Shown: positions 29,847-40,440, numbered from the whole stretch's first letter. The stretch is 62,645 nucleotides of DNA, filler included, from Anaerolineae bacterium (GCA_029262755.1; 7 parts of 7 records of this genome joined end to end with filler, not necessarily neighbours in it); one strand, 5' to 3'. Translations and numbers: made by a program. Notes: a model not told the origin generated them from the sequence alone.

Positions 29847-30704
29847 TTAGAGTAGGACTTCGCCCAAGGTGAGGATGGCGACGAGTAGGAAGAGCAGGCC
29901 AAGGCTCCGTTCCAGCGTGTGTTGCGAGATGCGGCTGGCGAGCGCCGCGCCGAACTGAGCGCCGACGATGACCCCAGGGACGGTGAAGATGACGATGTTG
30001 AACACCGTGGTCATCACATCGCCTTCGGCCTGCAGGAATTGCGTCAGGTGACCGGAAGCCGCCGCCAGGGCGGTGATGGCGACGACAAAGACACTGGTCG
30101 CCACCGAGACCGCGCTGGGCACCCTGCAGCGCTGGAGCAGGAAGTAGCCGTTGAGCTCGCCGAGGCCCGTTGAGATCATGCCCACGAACAACCCGCCCAC
30201 GCCGGCAATCAACCGACCCTCGGTCTTGTTACACACGGTGTAGCAGATCTGCTCCCCGTCGGAAGGTACCAGGCAGGTCTCGCCGCGTTCCTGGCCGCGG
30301 GTCTCGTCGATCGCCGCATCCATTACGTTCACGTCTTCGGGCTTGGGTGCGCGCAAGAAGCTGATGGCCACGGCCACGAGGCCCATGCCGAGGATGAGCT
30401 TGAGGTGCTCGGCCGCGATGAGGTTGGAGGCCCACGTTCCCACGAGCGCCATGGGTACGGTCACAACCAAGAGGGTGAGTCCCAATCGGTAGTCGATGAG
30501 TTTCTTGCGCGCGTACGCCCATACCCCGCTGGCGAAACCAAACACTTCCGTGATCAACCCGATTCCGATCGCCACCTCGGGCGGGAGCCGTAACCCCAGG
30601 ATGAGGATCGGTGCGAAGAACGTCGCGCCGCCGACCCCGGAGGCCATCGCGACCATCGCAACGGCGACGGACACGAAAAACATGTAGCCATACTCGAAGC
30701 TCAC
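29847..30704 (-). CDS. TauE/SafE family sulfite exporter-like membrane protein
   Basis: SGVGGATFFAP, GFASG, STGLGE, GAQFGA; multiple TMs. Confidence 0.9.
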   Translation of the reverse strand: MSFEYGYMFFVSVAVAMVAMASGVGGATFFAPILILGLRLPPEVAIGIGLITEVFGFASGVWAYARKKLIDYRLGLTLLVVTVPMALVGTWASNLIAAEHLKLILGMGLVAVAISFLRAPKPEDVNVMDAAIDETRGQERGETCLVPSDGEQICYTVCNKTEGRLIAGVGGLFVGMISTGLGELNGYFLLQRCRVPSAVSVATSVFVVAITALAAASGHLTQFLQAEGDVMTTVFNIVIFTVPGVIVGAQFGAALASRISQHTLERSLGLLFLLVAILTLGEVLL

Positions 30705-30881
30705 TCGGCATTCTCCCTGTGATCAAGCAAATTCTTGGGCGCCGGCCTTCAATTCTGCGCAGATGTGTTACTCCATCGATCACAGGGTCGTCCCGCCCAA
30801 GCGACAGACGTTACCTTTGCGGGACGATCCGTCCTCGAGCCCGGCCCTCAACTATCCGCACTGTGGGAGTCGAATCCGACG

Positions 30882-30974
30882 GGGTTGCTGCTCGTCGAGT
30901 CGTTCAAGGCGCGTTGCGCGGTCCGAACCTTGGCGGCGAATCCGGCGGCCGGTGCGCGTTCGCTTGCGGCGCAG
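30882..30974 (+). repeat. 93-bp degenerate direct repeat, copy 2 (gene remnant)
   Basis: Encodes GLLLVESFKARCAVRTLAANPAAGARSLAAQ, matching the 27566 gene, but lies upstream of the real start at 31059. Confidence 0.85.
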
Positions 30975-31058
30975 GTCGCAGCGCGATCCGGCGATCCTTC
31001 GCCGCTCCACTACAATGCCCGGCTCGGATTCAGAACCCTCGCGGACCGGAGCCTGTAC

Positions 31059-32438
31059 GTGCAACCTTCCCTCGACCTCGATCGCGACCTCGACATTGAC
31101 CTCGACTTCGCGCGCGCCGCGTTTCCTGCCCTTGCGGGTGACACCGTGTTCATGGACAACGCCGGCGGCTCGCTCACGCTCGGCAACGTGGCCGACCGCG
31201 TGCGCGACTATCTGCTGACCACCGACGTGCAACACGGGGCGAGCTACGGCGTGTCCGCCCAGGCCTCCGCGCGTCTGCACGAGGCGCGGGCGCGCTTCGC
31301 GGAGAACGTCGGGGCCGCGTCGGCCGAAGAGATCGTCTTCGGTCCGTCCAGCACGATCCTGCTCCAGCAGCTCGCGGAAGCGGTGGGCGATGTGCTCGCG
31401 CCGGGCGACGAGATCATCGCCACCCGTGTCGATCACGAGGCGAACATCGGCTGTTGGCTGGCGCTGGAGGCCGTGGGCGCGCGTGTACGCTTCTGGGAAC
31501 GCAACGCGCAGACGGGCGATCTGGCGCTCGGCGACCTCGACGCGCTCCTAGGGCCGCGCACCCGGATGGTGTGCGTGACTCATGCCTCCAACATTTTCGG
31601 GGCGATCAATCCCATCGCCGAGATCGCGCGTCGGGCGCGCGCGGCCGGTGCGTGGACCTGCGTGGACGGCGTGGCGTTCGCACCGCATCGCGGCGTGGAC
31701 GTCGCCGCGCTCGGCGTCGACTTCTACGTTCAGAGCCTCTACAAGGTCTACGGTCCGCACCTCGCGCTGCTCTATGCGCGACGTGAGGCGTTCTTGGAGG
31801 TGGGCAGCTTGAACCACTTCTTCTACGCGCGCGACCGCATGCCGAGCAAGCTGGAGCCGGGCAACCCGAACTACGAGCTCGCCTGGGGCGCCGCGGGCAT
31901 CGTCGACTATCTGGAGGCGTTGGGGGCGCGGGTACGGCCGGACACGCGGTTGAACGCACGGTCAGAGGCTCCCGGGCCGTGCGCGACGGCCGTCGGCACC
32001 GCGGATTCGAGCGGCAACGGCGCACGCAGGTTCGCCGCGGCGCCCCCGGCGAACGCCGACGATCCGCGCGCACGTCGCGACGCGCGCGATGCGGCGTGGG
32101 CGGCCATCACGGCGCACGAGGAAGTGCTCGCGGAGCGCCTGCTGGCGTTCCTTCGTGGCCGCGAAGACCTGCGGATCATCGGGCCGACTTCGTCCGACCG
32201 CGCACTGCGCGTGCCCACGATCGCGTTTACGCACGCGCGCCTGTCTGCGCCGGAGATCGTCGAGGCGGTCGACCCGCACGGGATCGGCATCCGGCACGGC
32301 CACTTTCACGCGTACCGGCTCGTCGAGGACCTCGGTCTGCTCGAACGTGGCGGCGTGGTACGCGTGTCCCTCGTCCACTACAACACGCTCGACGAGGTCG
32401 ACCGGTTGGTGGACGTACTGGACGAGGTATTGCGCTAG
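31059..32438 (+). CDS. PLP-dependent class-V aminotransferase (cysteine desulfurase-like family)
   Basis: FMDNAGGS, DHEANI, THASN, DGVAFAPH, SLYKVYGPH, VRVSLVHYN; GGAG RBS + GTG. Confidence 0.9.
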   Translation: MQPSLDLDRDLDIDLDFARAAFPALAGDTVFMDNAGGSLTLGNVADRVRDYLLTTDVQHGASYGVSAQASARLHEARARFAENVGAASAEEIVFGPSSTILLQQLAEAVGDVLAPGDEIIATRVDHEANIGCWLALEAVGARVRFWERNAQTGDLALGDLDALLGPRTRMVCVTHASNIFGAINPIAEIARRARAAGAWTCVDGVAFAPHRGVDVAALGVDFYVQSLYKVYGPHLALLYARREAFLEVGSLNHFFYARDRMPSKLEPGNPNYELAWGAAGIVDYLEALGARVRPDTRLNARSEAPGPCATAVGTADSSGNGARRFAAAPPANADDPRARRDARDAAWAAITAHEEVLAERLLAFLRGREDLRIIGPTSSDRALRVPTIAFTHARLSAPEIVEAVDPHGIGIRHGHFHAYRLVEDLGLLERGGVVRVSLVHYNTLDEVDRLVDVLDEVLR

Positions 32439-32541
32439 CGGTCGGGCGTGGTGGCGGGAACGGAGGTCGAGGTCCCCGAGGCCGTGGCCTGTCGCGAAGA
32501 CGGGGGGTTGGTTGGCCTATAGGGCGATTGCAACGATGCGC

Positions 32542-33492
32542 CTAGCCCAGCGGGCGATAGCCAGGCGGGCGTTCGAGCGCGGCGCGGTCCCAGCCGAGCA
32601 GGTCCGCGGCGCCGGCGTAGGTACTCTCCAAGAATGCCATCAATGCGGCGTCGGGATCGTCTGCGCTGCGCACGGCCTCGTAGGGCAGCGCGAACTCGCC
32701 GAGGGCGTCCAGCCAGAAGGCGGCGTCGGGTTGGACGCTGCAAGCCGAGAAGCCTTCCGGCGTTGGGTAGGCGTAGGCGTAGAAGATCGGGTCCGGCGCG
32801 TCGGCGTTGCCCGGCCAGAAGCCGCAGCTGGAGACCTCGTGCGAGTAGGCCTCGCGGGCGACGACGTCGGGCAGATGCGGGATGCCGCCCGGATGATCCG
32901 GCGCGCCCTCGCCCGAGAAGCGGGTGACGGCGAGATCACAGCTGCCCCAGAAGAAGTGGACGGGGCTGACCTTGCCGATGAAGCGGCTACGAAACTCCGT
33001 GAAGACCCGATGCGTCTGCACGAGGGCGCGCCAGAACGCGTTGGCGTGCTCGGGATCGTAGGATGCGTGGACCGTGTCTTCGGGGAAGGGGATCGGGTCC
33101 GGAAGCTCGTTGGGGATCGGGTGAATCGATACATCGATATCCAACGCGCGCAGGGCTTCGAGGAACGCGTCGTGGAACACCGCGACGCTCATGGGGCGCA
33201 GCGCCAACGTGCGACTACGGCCGTCGCTCACGCGGATCGACAGCGTGTGGTCGATGAAGTCGAAGTCGATCTCGAACAGCCGCGCGCCATGTGGGATCGG
33301 GCCGGTTGTCAGGCCCCGCGCCGTGATGTACAGCGGCACGCTCCACGAATGGTTGATCCAGGGCGAGTCCTCCATGCGAACCTTCCCGACGATCTGCGTC
33401 CACAGGTGCAGGGTGTCCAATGTGTCGCGCCAGGCCAGATGGGGCAGTTCGGGCCAGTCGGCGGAAGTGGATCGGTACGTCGAGCGGTTCAC
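32542..33492 (-). CDS. DUF5996 family protein
   Basis: TLHLWTQIVGKVR, PWINHSW, GKVSPVHFFWGSCDLAVTRFSG, EAYSHEVSSCGFWPG. Confidence 0.88.
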   Translation of the reverse strand: MNRSTYRSTSADWPELPHLAWRDTLDTLHLWTQIVGKVRMEDSPWINHSWSVPLYITARGLTTGPIPHGARLFEIDFDFIDHTLSIRVSDGRSRTLALRPMSVAVFHDAFLEALRALDIDVSIHPIPNELPDPIPFPEDTVHASYDPEHANAFWRALVQTHRVFTEFRSRFIGKVSPVHFFWGSCDLAVTRFSGEGAPDHPGGIPHLPDVVAREAYSHEVSSCGFWPGNADAPDPIFYAYAYPTPEGFSACSVQPDAAFWLDALGEFALPYEAVRSADDPDAALMAFLESTYAGAADLLGWDRAALERPPGYRPLG

Positions 33493-33681
33493 GGGCGAGC
33501 TCCTGCGAGGGTCGAATCGAGCAACCGGCGGCGCGGCGCGCGCGTCCATTCTACCGCTTCCGCGGAACTATGAGGATCGAGCGTAGGCGATTATCGACGG
33601 ATTCCGCTTCGTTGCAGGAAGCCCCTCGTCCGGCTGGATGCTCGACCCACGCGAAGCGCGACGGTCAAGAGGGGGCCAAGT

Positions 33682-33730
33682 AGAAAGAGAGCGAACCTGC
33701 AAGGGGACGTGTCGCCCTTGCAGGTTCGCT
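33682..33730 (-). terminator. Intrinsic terminator-like hairpin downstream of the helicase operon
   Basis: Perfect 16-bp stem AGCGAACCTGCAAGGG / CCCTTGCAGGTTCGCT followed by CTCTTTCT on minus strand. Confidence 0.75.
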
Positions 33731-33776
33731 TGCTCGTTCTATGCCCTCAGCGGGCGACCCGAATGCTTGGTGTGCC

Positions 33777-34070
33777 CTACTCGCGACCCGTATGCGTCGG
33801 GGGCTTGGGGCGACTCACTGGTTTGCTCGCGGCCGGTGCGGGCGCGGCGGCTTTGCCGGCCGGTGTTTCTTTCTTCGCACCGGTCGTAGCAGCGGCAGCG
33901 GCGGCGCCTTCCTCAGCCCCGTCCGCGCCTTCTGCCGCCGTGCTACCTTCGTTCGCCGCTTCTTCTTCCGCCTTCTTGGCGAGCTTGGCGAGCCGCTTCG
34001 CTTCGCGCTTGGCCGCCTTGGCCTTGGCGCGTGCATTTCGTTCGAATGCGTAGTTCGGTTTGCGTGCCAC
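33777..34070 (-). CDS. Small basic Lys/Ala-rich protein
   Basis: GGAGGG RBS + GTG; MARKPNYAFERNARAKAKAAKREAKR. Confidence 0.7.
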   Translation of the reverse strand: MARKPNYAFERNARAKAKAAKREAKRLAKLAKKAEEEAANEGSTAAEGADGAEEGAAAAAATTGAKKETPAGKAAAPAPAASKPVSRPKPPTHTGRE

Positions 34071-34153
34071 TCAACCCTCCATGGCCGTCGGGCCATTGTT
34101 GTTCGTCGAAATTCGTGGGGCTCCGTGTAGCGCAGAGGAGCCGTAGGTCGTTG

Positions 34154-35464
34154 CTACACGCGGGCTCGACTACGATGGCCCGTACTGCGCGATCCGGAGC
34201 CGCGCGCGTTGCTGCGCGACCCGTTGGAGCGACGGTTCTGGCCACCACCACCGTGGCGATGGTTGGGCCGGCGCCCGCCGCTGCGGCCACCCGTGCGGCC
34301 ACCGTTCTTGATCGGCTCGGCCCGGATTCGGGGGTCGGGCTCGAAGCCGGGCAAGACCTTGAGATCCAAGGACTTGCCGAGTAGCTTCTCAACATCGCGC
34401 AACAACTTGTCTTCATCGACGCAGACCAAGGAAACGGCCCGGCCGATTGCGCCGGCGCGCCCCGTGCGACCGATGCGGTGGATGTAGTCCGAGGCCACGT
34501 GCGGCAGCTCGAAGTTGACCACGTATGGCAACCCGTCGATGTCCAAGCCGCGGGCCGCGATCTCCGTGGCCACGAGCACGCGTACCGTGCTGTCCTTGAA
34601 GCCGGCAAGCGCGCGGGTACGGGCGCCCTGGCTCTTGTTGCCGTGGATGGCGCTGGCCGTAATGCCACCTCGGTTCAACGCTTCGGCGAGCTTGTTCGCA
34701 AGGTGCTTCGTGCGCGTGAAGACCAGAACCTGCGACCAGTCACCGTCCTTGATCAGGTGCTCGAGTAACTCCGCCTTGCGCTTCGCGTCGACGCGATAGC
34801 CCATCTGCACGACGCCCTCGGCCGTGCTGTTGCGCCGTGCAACCTCGACCAGCCGCGGCTGGTTGAGCAGCTTGTCGGCCAGGACCTTGACGTCCTTGGC
34901 GATGGTCGCGCTGAAGAGCAGGTTCTGCCGGCGGGCCGGCACCATCGCGAGCACGCGCTTGATGTCGTGCACGAAGCCCATGTCGAGCATGCGGTCCGCT
35001 TCGTCGAGCACGAGGATCTCGATCTTGGACAGATCGATCGTGCCTCGCTCGGCGTGATCGAGCAGGCGACCCGGCGTGGCAACCACGATCTCGACGCCGC
35101 GGCGCAGCTGGTTGATCTGCTTCTGCATGCCGACGCCACCGAAGATCTGCGTGCAGCGCAGCGGCAGGTGGGCGCCGTAGGTACGGACGCTCTCGGCCAC
35201 CTGGGCGGCCAGCTCGCGCGTCGGAACCAGCACGAGCGCACGCGGGAGGCGCGACTTCGGCTTGGGCGACGCCATGAGGTTCTGAAGCAAGGGCAGCGTA
35301 AAGCCGGCCGTCTTGCCCGTTCCGGTCTGGGCGCCGGCCATCAGATCCTCACCTGCGAGGATGATCGGGATGGATTGAACTTGAATGGGGGTTGGGGTGT
35401 CGTAACCTTGCTCGCGCACAGCGCGCAGCAATTCGGCCCGTAGGCCAAGTGCTTCGAAAGACAG
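34154..35464 (-). CDS. rhlE: DEAD-box RNA helicase (RhlE-like)
   Basis: Q-motif [39 protein letters not shown]; Gly/Arg tail; AGGAG RBS then CTG. Confidence 0.93.
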   Translation of the reverse strand: MSFEALGLRAELLRAVREQGYDTPTPIQVQSIPIILAGEDLMAGAQTGTGKTAGFTLPLLQNLMASPKPKSRLPRALVLVPTRELAAQVAESVRTYGAHLPLRCTQIFGGVGMQKQINQLRRGVEIVVATPGRLLDHAERGTIDLSKIEILVLDEADRMLDMGFVHDIKRVLAMVPARRQNLLFSATIAKDVKVLADKLLNQPRLVEVARRNSTAEGVVQMGYRVDAKRKAELLEHLIKDGDWSQVLVFTRTKHLANKLAEALNRGGITASAIHGNKSQGARTRALAGFKDSTVRVLVATEIAARGLDIDGLPYVVNFELPHVASDYIHRIGRTGRAGAIGRAVSLVCVDEDKLLRDVEKLLGKSLDLKVLPGFEPDPRIRAEPIKNGGRTGGRSGGRRPNHRHGGGGQNRRSNGSRSNARGSGSRSTGHRSRARV

Positions 35465-35820
35465 AATATTCTCCTGGACGCGACCAAACCCTACGCACGC
35501 GCATCCGGAGCAGGCGCTGGAGTGTCGACTTGAAGGGGGTACAGAAGGTCCGAAACGCGGATTTTTCGCGGTGGTCGAGCGCCACATCGTGACGCTGCGT
35601 CGGCCGCGGCGGATGGCTCCGTTTGGCTGTCCGGACCGGCAGCACAATCGCTGCTTGATTCACATAAGCATAGACGGTGCGTGTGCGGGATCCCAACAAT
35701 TAACGTAGCGATCCATCCCAGTTGGGACCGCCGGCGACACCGACATGGGGGTTCGCGATGCGCTAGGAGATGCGGTTCAGGCGCGGCGATGTTCTCCGCA
35801 GGTAGCTGTGACCCGCGATG

Positions 35821-38616
35821 CTACCCCCCGTCGCCCAGCACGACCCGCACGACCGCGTCCCAGTCCCAAGCCCTTCCCTCACGCAGCGCCGGTTCCAACG
35901 CGTCGGGTCCCATCTTCTCGTGCAGGATCTCGGTCAAGCGCTCGTGCGTGGCCGCGTACTCCGCGGCATGCGGTGGGTCGATGCGCAGCCGGTGCGTCTC
36001 GCCGGCGCCGAGCAACCGGGCGGCCTCTGTGTAGTTCGCGCGACCGACTTGGATGGCGGCGCTGAGGGAGATCGTCTTGAGCACACCCCATTCGTTGCCC
36101 AGATCCAAAGCGATACGCGTCGCTTCGCGCACGTGCTCTGTCGCCGTGTCCAGCTCGCCCGTTTGGGTGGCGATGTGGGCGAGGTTGTCCAGCACGTGCT
36201 TGGCCCCCTGCTGGTCGCCGGCTGCGCGCACGATCTTGAGACCGTGTTCCAGATGGTCCTTGGCCTCGACCATGTCGCCGCGGTGCATGGCCAATAAGCC
36301 GAGCATGTTGAGTGCGGCCGCCATGCCGCGCTCGGCCCGCGGATCGTCCAGGTTTCGGAAGCCTCGCGCGCTCAGCTTGGCGTGCGCGTAGGCGGTCTCC
36401 ATGTCGTCCATGCCGTGCGCCAGGACGGCGAGTTGGTAGCGCGTGGTGGCGATGCCGAACGGTTCGCCGTGCTCTTCCTGGAGCGCGAGCGCCCGTTCCA
36501 GGTAGGGGGCCGCAACGGCTCGCTCTTCCAGGAAGGCCGCGAGTCCGCCGGCGACACGGAGAGCTCCGATCTCCAGCTCCGGTTCGGCGCTCGCGTCGCT
36601 CTTGTCGAGCAAGCGCACGGTGCTCTCCAGACCGGCGCGTAGATAGCCACGCGTGAACCAGTAGTAGTTCAGGCCGCCGACCAACCGCAGCCCGGTCGCG
36701 GTATCGCCGACCGCGCTCACGCACCAGTCCAACGCCGCCGTGAAATTATCGTCGTCTTTCGAGAGGCGCTCGAGCCACACCCGCTGGTCGGGCCCCATCA
36801 ACGCGGGGGCCGCCGTCTCGGCCAAGGTCGCGAAGTGGGCGGCATGCGCCGCACGCAGACGCTGCGTGCGATCGGGCTCTTCATCGAGCTTCTCCGCAGC
36901 AAAGATCCGCACCGCTTCCAGCATCGAAAAGCGCAGGTCGTCGTCCGTCGGATCCGCTCCGATCAGCGACGCATCACGCAGCTCGGCCATGCGTTCCACC
37001 GCGAGTGGATCGTCCATCAATGCTTCCGCGGCTTCCAGATCCCAGGAGCCACGGAAGACCGAGACCGCCGCGAAGTCGGCACGCGTGTCGGGTGAGAGGA
37101 GCGTGTAGCTCCAGTCGATCGCGCCGCGCAGCGATCGCTGCCGGTCGCCCAGATCGACGCGTCGGGCGGCGAGCCATTGGAGCCGGTCGCTCAGCCGGGC
37201 GAGCATCTGCCGCGTGCCGAGCACCCCGACCCGCGCAGCCGCCAACTCGATGGCGAGCGGGATTCCCTCCAACGCAACACAGAGACGCGCCACGTCTTCG
37301 GCATTGCTGGGGCTGAGGGCAAAGTCTGGGTGGGTCGCGCGGGCACGGTCGAGGAAGAGCCGTACGCTCGGCACGTCGGCCAGCGAATCCGGATCGAGCG
37401 CCCCTTCGGGCATCGGGAGCGGACGTAGCGCGAACTCGCGCTCCCCTTCCAGGCCGAGACGAGCGCGCGAGGTCGCCATGGCCGTGAGCCGCGGGCAGCC
37501 GGCGAGCAATTCCCGCACGACCAGCGAGCCCTCCTCGACCAGCTGCTCGAAGTTGTCGAGCACGAGCAGCCCATCGTCCGCACCGAGCTGCCGCCGCACG
37601 AGCTGCATCGCATCGTAGGCCTCCGGGGCGGCGATGCCCATCGCCTCGGCGATCTCGGCGCCGATAGTGCGGGCATCGTCCACGGCATCGAGCTCGACCC
37701 AGATCGTGGCTCGGCCGGTCTTGCGCTCCCATGCGGCCGCCACCTCGGTGGCAACACGGGTCTTGCCGGTTCCTCCCATGCCCGTGACCGTGACCAAGCG
37801 CGTTCCTGGATCGTCGAGCATGGCCAAGAGCGTCGCGCGCTCCTCCTCCCGCCCGATGAAGCGCGATAGGCGCACCGGAAGCCGGCTGGTTTGCGCCGGC
37901 GTGATCGTGACCGGAAGTGCCGCATCGGCCGCTGTATGGCCCCGGACACCACGCCGCAGATGGAAAAGCCGCTCGGGCGATGTCTCGACGGTGAGGGTGA
38001 ATCGACCGAGATCGACCAATCGGTCGTCTCCTTCCAGAGCCGGCCGGGCGAGGATTGCCGCCTCCTCGCTCAAGATGACCTGACCCGCCCGCGCGATGCC
38101 GGCCAGCGCACGGGCGACCGGTCCCACGGGGCTCGCGTCGTCTCCGCCTTCCGCGCCGGCCTCGCCCGTGTGCAAGCCCGCGCGCAACGCGACGTTGTGC
38201 GTGGACGCCTCCCGCACCGCGACCTGCGCCGCGGCCGCGGCATCGCTCGCCTGCGCGAAGACGGCGAGCGTCTCCTCGACGCCCGGCTTGATCACCACCC
38301 CGTCCAAGCCGCGCAAGCCGCGACTCAGGCCGCGAAGGAACGCGGCGACTTCTTCCTGCGACGCCCCCGCGGCGTCCTGACGCAGCGCCAGGACCGTGAT
38401 CGTCCCGCTCGGCACGACCGCGCCGCGCGAAGCGGGCGACATCGCGGATCGCGGGTGATCGGGCTCGGCGGCCGCGCCCTTGTTGCGTTTCCCGGTCGCC
38501 GGCTCGCCGCCCTCGCGCGACGGCGAGCGCAGGGTGGCGACGAGCTCCTGTGTCTCTTCCGATGGGGCCACCCCAAGCTCATCCGCCAGCAAGGTCTCTA
38601 GGGACCGGTATTGGCG
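35821..38616 (-). CDS. STAND-type regulator (BTAD tail, cyclase-like domain, NB-ARC ATPase, TPR), 5'-truncated
   Basis: ELGVAPSEET; LRAGLHTGE; GMGGTGKT; LLVLDNFE; LEGIPLAIELAA; TPR-like tail. Confidence 0.88.
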   Translation of the reverse strand, partial: RQYRSLETLLADELGVAPSEETQELVATLRSPSREGGEPATGKRNKGAAAEPDHPRSAMSPASRGAVVPSGTITVLALRQDAAGASQEEVAAFLRGLSRGLRGLDGVVIKPGVEETLAVFAQASDAAAAAQVAVREASTHNVALRAGLHTGEAGAEGGDDASPVGPVARALAGIARAGQVILSEEAAILARPALEGDDRLVDLGRFTLTVETSPERLFHLRRGVRGHTAADAALPVTITPAQTSRLPVRLSRFIGREEERATLLAMLDDPGTRLVTVTGMGGTGKTRVATEVAAAWERKTGRATIWVELDAVDDARTIGAEIAEAMGIAAPEAYDAMQLVRRQLGADDGLLVLDNFEQLVEEGSLVVRELLAGCPRLTAMATSRARLGLEGEREFALRPLPMPEGALDPDSLADVPSVRLFLDRARATHPDFALSPSNAEDVARLCVALEGIPLAIELAAARVGVLGTRQMLARLSDRLQWLAARRVDLGDRQRSLRGAIDWSYTLLSPDTRADFAAVSVFRGSWDLEAAEALMDDPLAVERMAELRDASLIGADPTDDDLRFSMLEAVRIFAAEKLDEEPDRTQRLRAAHAAHFATLAETAAPALMGPDQRVWLERLSKDDDNFTAALDWCVSAVGDTATGLRLVGGLNYYWFTRGYLRAGLESTVRLLDKSDASAEPELEIGALRVAGGLAAFLEERAVAAPYLERALALQEEHGEPFGIATTRYQLAVLAHGMDDMETAYAHAKLSARGFRNLDDPRAERGMAAALNMLGLLAMHRGDMVEAKDHLEHGLKIVRAAGDQQGAKHVLDNLAHIATQTGELDTATEHVREATRIALDLGNEWGVLKTISLSAAIQVGRANYTEAARLLGAGETHRLRIDPPHAAEYAATHERLTEILHEKMGPDALEPALREGRAWDWDAVVRVVLGDGG

Positions 38617-38716
38617 NNNNNNNNNNNNNNNNNNNNNNNNNNNNNNNNNNNNNNNNNNNNTTAATTAATTAANNNNNNNNNNNNNNNNNNNNNNNNNNNN
38701 NNNNNNNNNNNNNNNN
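38617..38716. other. Artificial contig spacer
   Basis: N/TTAATTAATTAA/N linker. Confidence 0.99.
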
Positions 38717-39870
38717 AACCCGCTTCGTGGGCGGGCGCCCTCGCTTTGAGCGCGGAGTCGGCGTGGGGACGAATGGGATGGATGAACGTGGCCATGCCGC
38801 CGGCCGGTCTTGCGCTCGGGGTCGCGGTGCACGTTCTCGCCGCACTGGGCTGGGTGCGGGCGTCCTCGTCGATCCCAATGCCCGCTCGTTGGTCGGCGCT
38901 GGCCCTGTTGAGCGTTGTCGCCGTGGCGTGGGTTGCATTCGCGCGCAACCTGACCGTCGATCCGCAAACCCAGGGCCGGCTCTTGTTTCCCGCGTTGCCG
39001 GCCTGGTGCGTCCTATGTGGATTCGGCTGGCATGAGGTGCTGCGCCGAAGGCCATACCGGCGGACCGCACGCGGGGGCCGCGAGGAACCGATGGATAGCA
39101 CCGGGCCTCGCACCGTGCGGACTCCGCCCGGGGGCGACAGCGGTGAACCAGCCGGGACGACGCCCGCGATGGGTGCGCCGCAGCGCAGCAGCGGCGCAGT
39201 ATTCGGCACGATCGCAGGGATGGTGGTGCTGAACGTAGCGTTGCTCGTGCACACGCTCCCAGACGCCTATCGCTTCGCGCGCGCGGCAATTCCGCCGGTG
39301 GTCTTCGAGCGCATCCTTCCTCCGACGTGGCGCGTGATCGCATCGCTGGATCGGGAGGGCGCTCAAGCGACGCAGTCGTTCACCGCAACGAGCAACGAGC
39401 TGCAGCGCGTGGAGATTCCCGTGCTCGTTCCGGAAGTCGACACACGGGTGCACCTCCGTGTCGTCACGGAGGCGGGTGCGGTGCTCGGCCGGAGCGCATT
39501 CACCGTGAAGGCGTCGGACGAATACGTTTGGCTCGGCGTCGAGCTTGGCGTTCAGGACTCCGCCGACGGGGACTCTGCCATCGGGGAGTCGGACGGTGGG
39601 CACGTGCGCAGCGTGCGTAGAGGCGAGGAGCTACGGCTGGAGATCTCCCATGCCGGACCGGCCAAGGGGCGCATGCTGCTTTGGGGCGAAGGCGAGGACT
39701 TCTATCCGCGCGGATCGTTCCAGGCATCGACCGCCCTCGAGGGTGAGCGGCTCGATCTCGTCATGCTCTGGACGCACAGCCTGGCCGGGAACGAGCCGGT
39801 GCCCGGCGACCCCGATCGGGCTCCGCGCCCTAGCGTACCAGCCGCACCAATTTCACCGGCCGCACCGTGA
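38717..39870 (+). CDS. Membrane protein, GT-C/DUF2142-like C-terminal part, 5'-truncated
   Basis: SAWGRMGWMNV, QGRLLFPALPA; several TMs and a soluble tail. Confidence 0.65.
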
Positions 39871-39912
39871 TTGGCGCGGGCAGGCACGGCGAGTCAGCCC
39901 GCGCGTACCAGG

Positions 39913-40440
39913 CTATAGTGCCTTGAAAGCCTCAAACGACTGCAGGCAGCCGTTGCAGTAATGCGCAGACCGGCAAATCGTGGGTCCGAAGCCGTTCTCC
40001 ATCACGGTTTGCGACGATCCGCAATAGGGGCAGGGAACGGGATCTTCGGAAGCGAGCAAGGGCTCGAGCGTGAGCGAGATATCCGTGCGGAAGCGGCCAA
40101 CCGGCGGTGGCGGGGCGAGGCCGATAGCCTGCATGCGCGCCCGGGCTTCCGGCGCGATACGGTCGCTGGTCCACGGAGGATCGAGCACGACCTCTACCCG
40201 TACGGCCGATGCACCGAGGTCGAGCACGCAGCTTTCGATTGCGGTGCGCATGAGGTCGAGCGCAGGGCAGCCGCTAAACGTCGGGGTGATCGAAACCACA
40301 ACCGCCCCCGAGGCAGAATCGACTTGGACCGCCTGCACGATGCCGAGCTCCACTACGGAAACGACGGGGATCTCCGGATCCTTAACCGCTTCGAGCGCTT
40401 GCATCACGACGGCTTCGTCTAGCAACCCGCTCCCGCGCAT
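39913..40440 (-). CDS. paaD: Phenylacetyl-CoA epoxidase subunit PaaD (PaaJ)
   Basis: VKDPEIPVVSVVELG, TPTFSGCPAL, PWTSD, CPYCGS, FGPTICR..YC..C..FEAFK; TGATG coupling. Confidence 0.93.
   Translation of the reverse strand: MRGSGLLDEAVVMQALEAVKDPEIPVVSVVELGIVQAVQVDSASGAVVVSITPTFSGCPALDLMRTAIESCVLDLGASAVRVEVVLDPPWTSDRIAPEARARMQAIGLAPPPPVGRFRTDISLTLEPLLASEDPVPCPYCGSSQTVMENGFGPTICRSAHYCNGCLQSFEAFKAL

Noticed and set aside
30735..31058. N-terminal extension of the class-V aminotransferase
   Set aside because: Read-through of a gene remnant; TACAAT and GGAG-GTG support a start at 31059.
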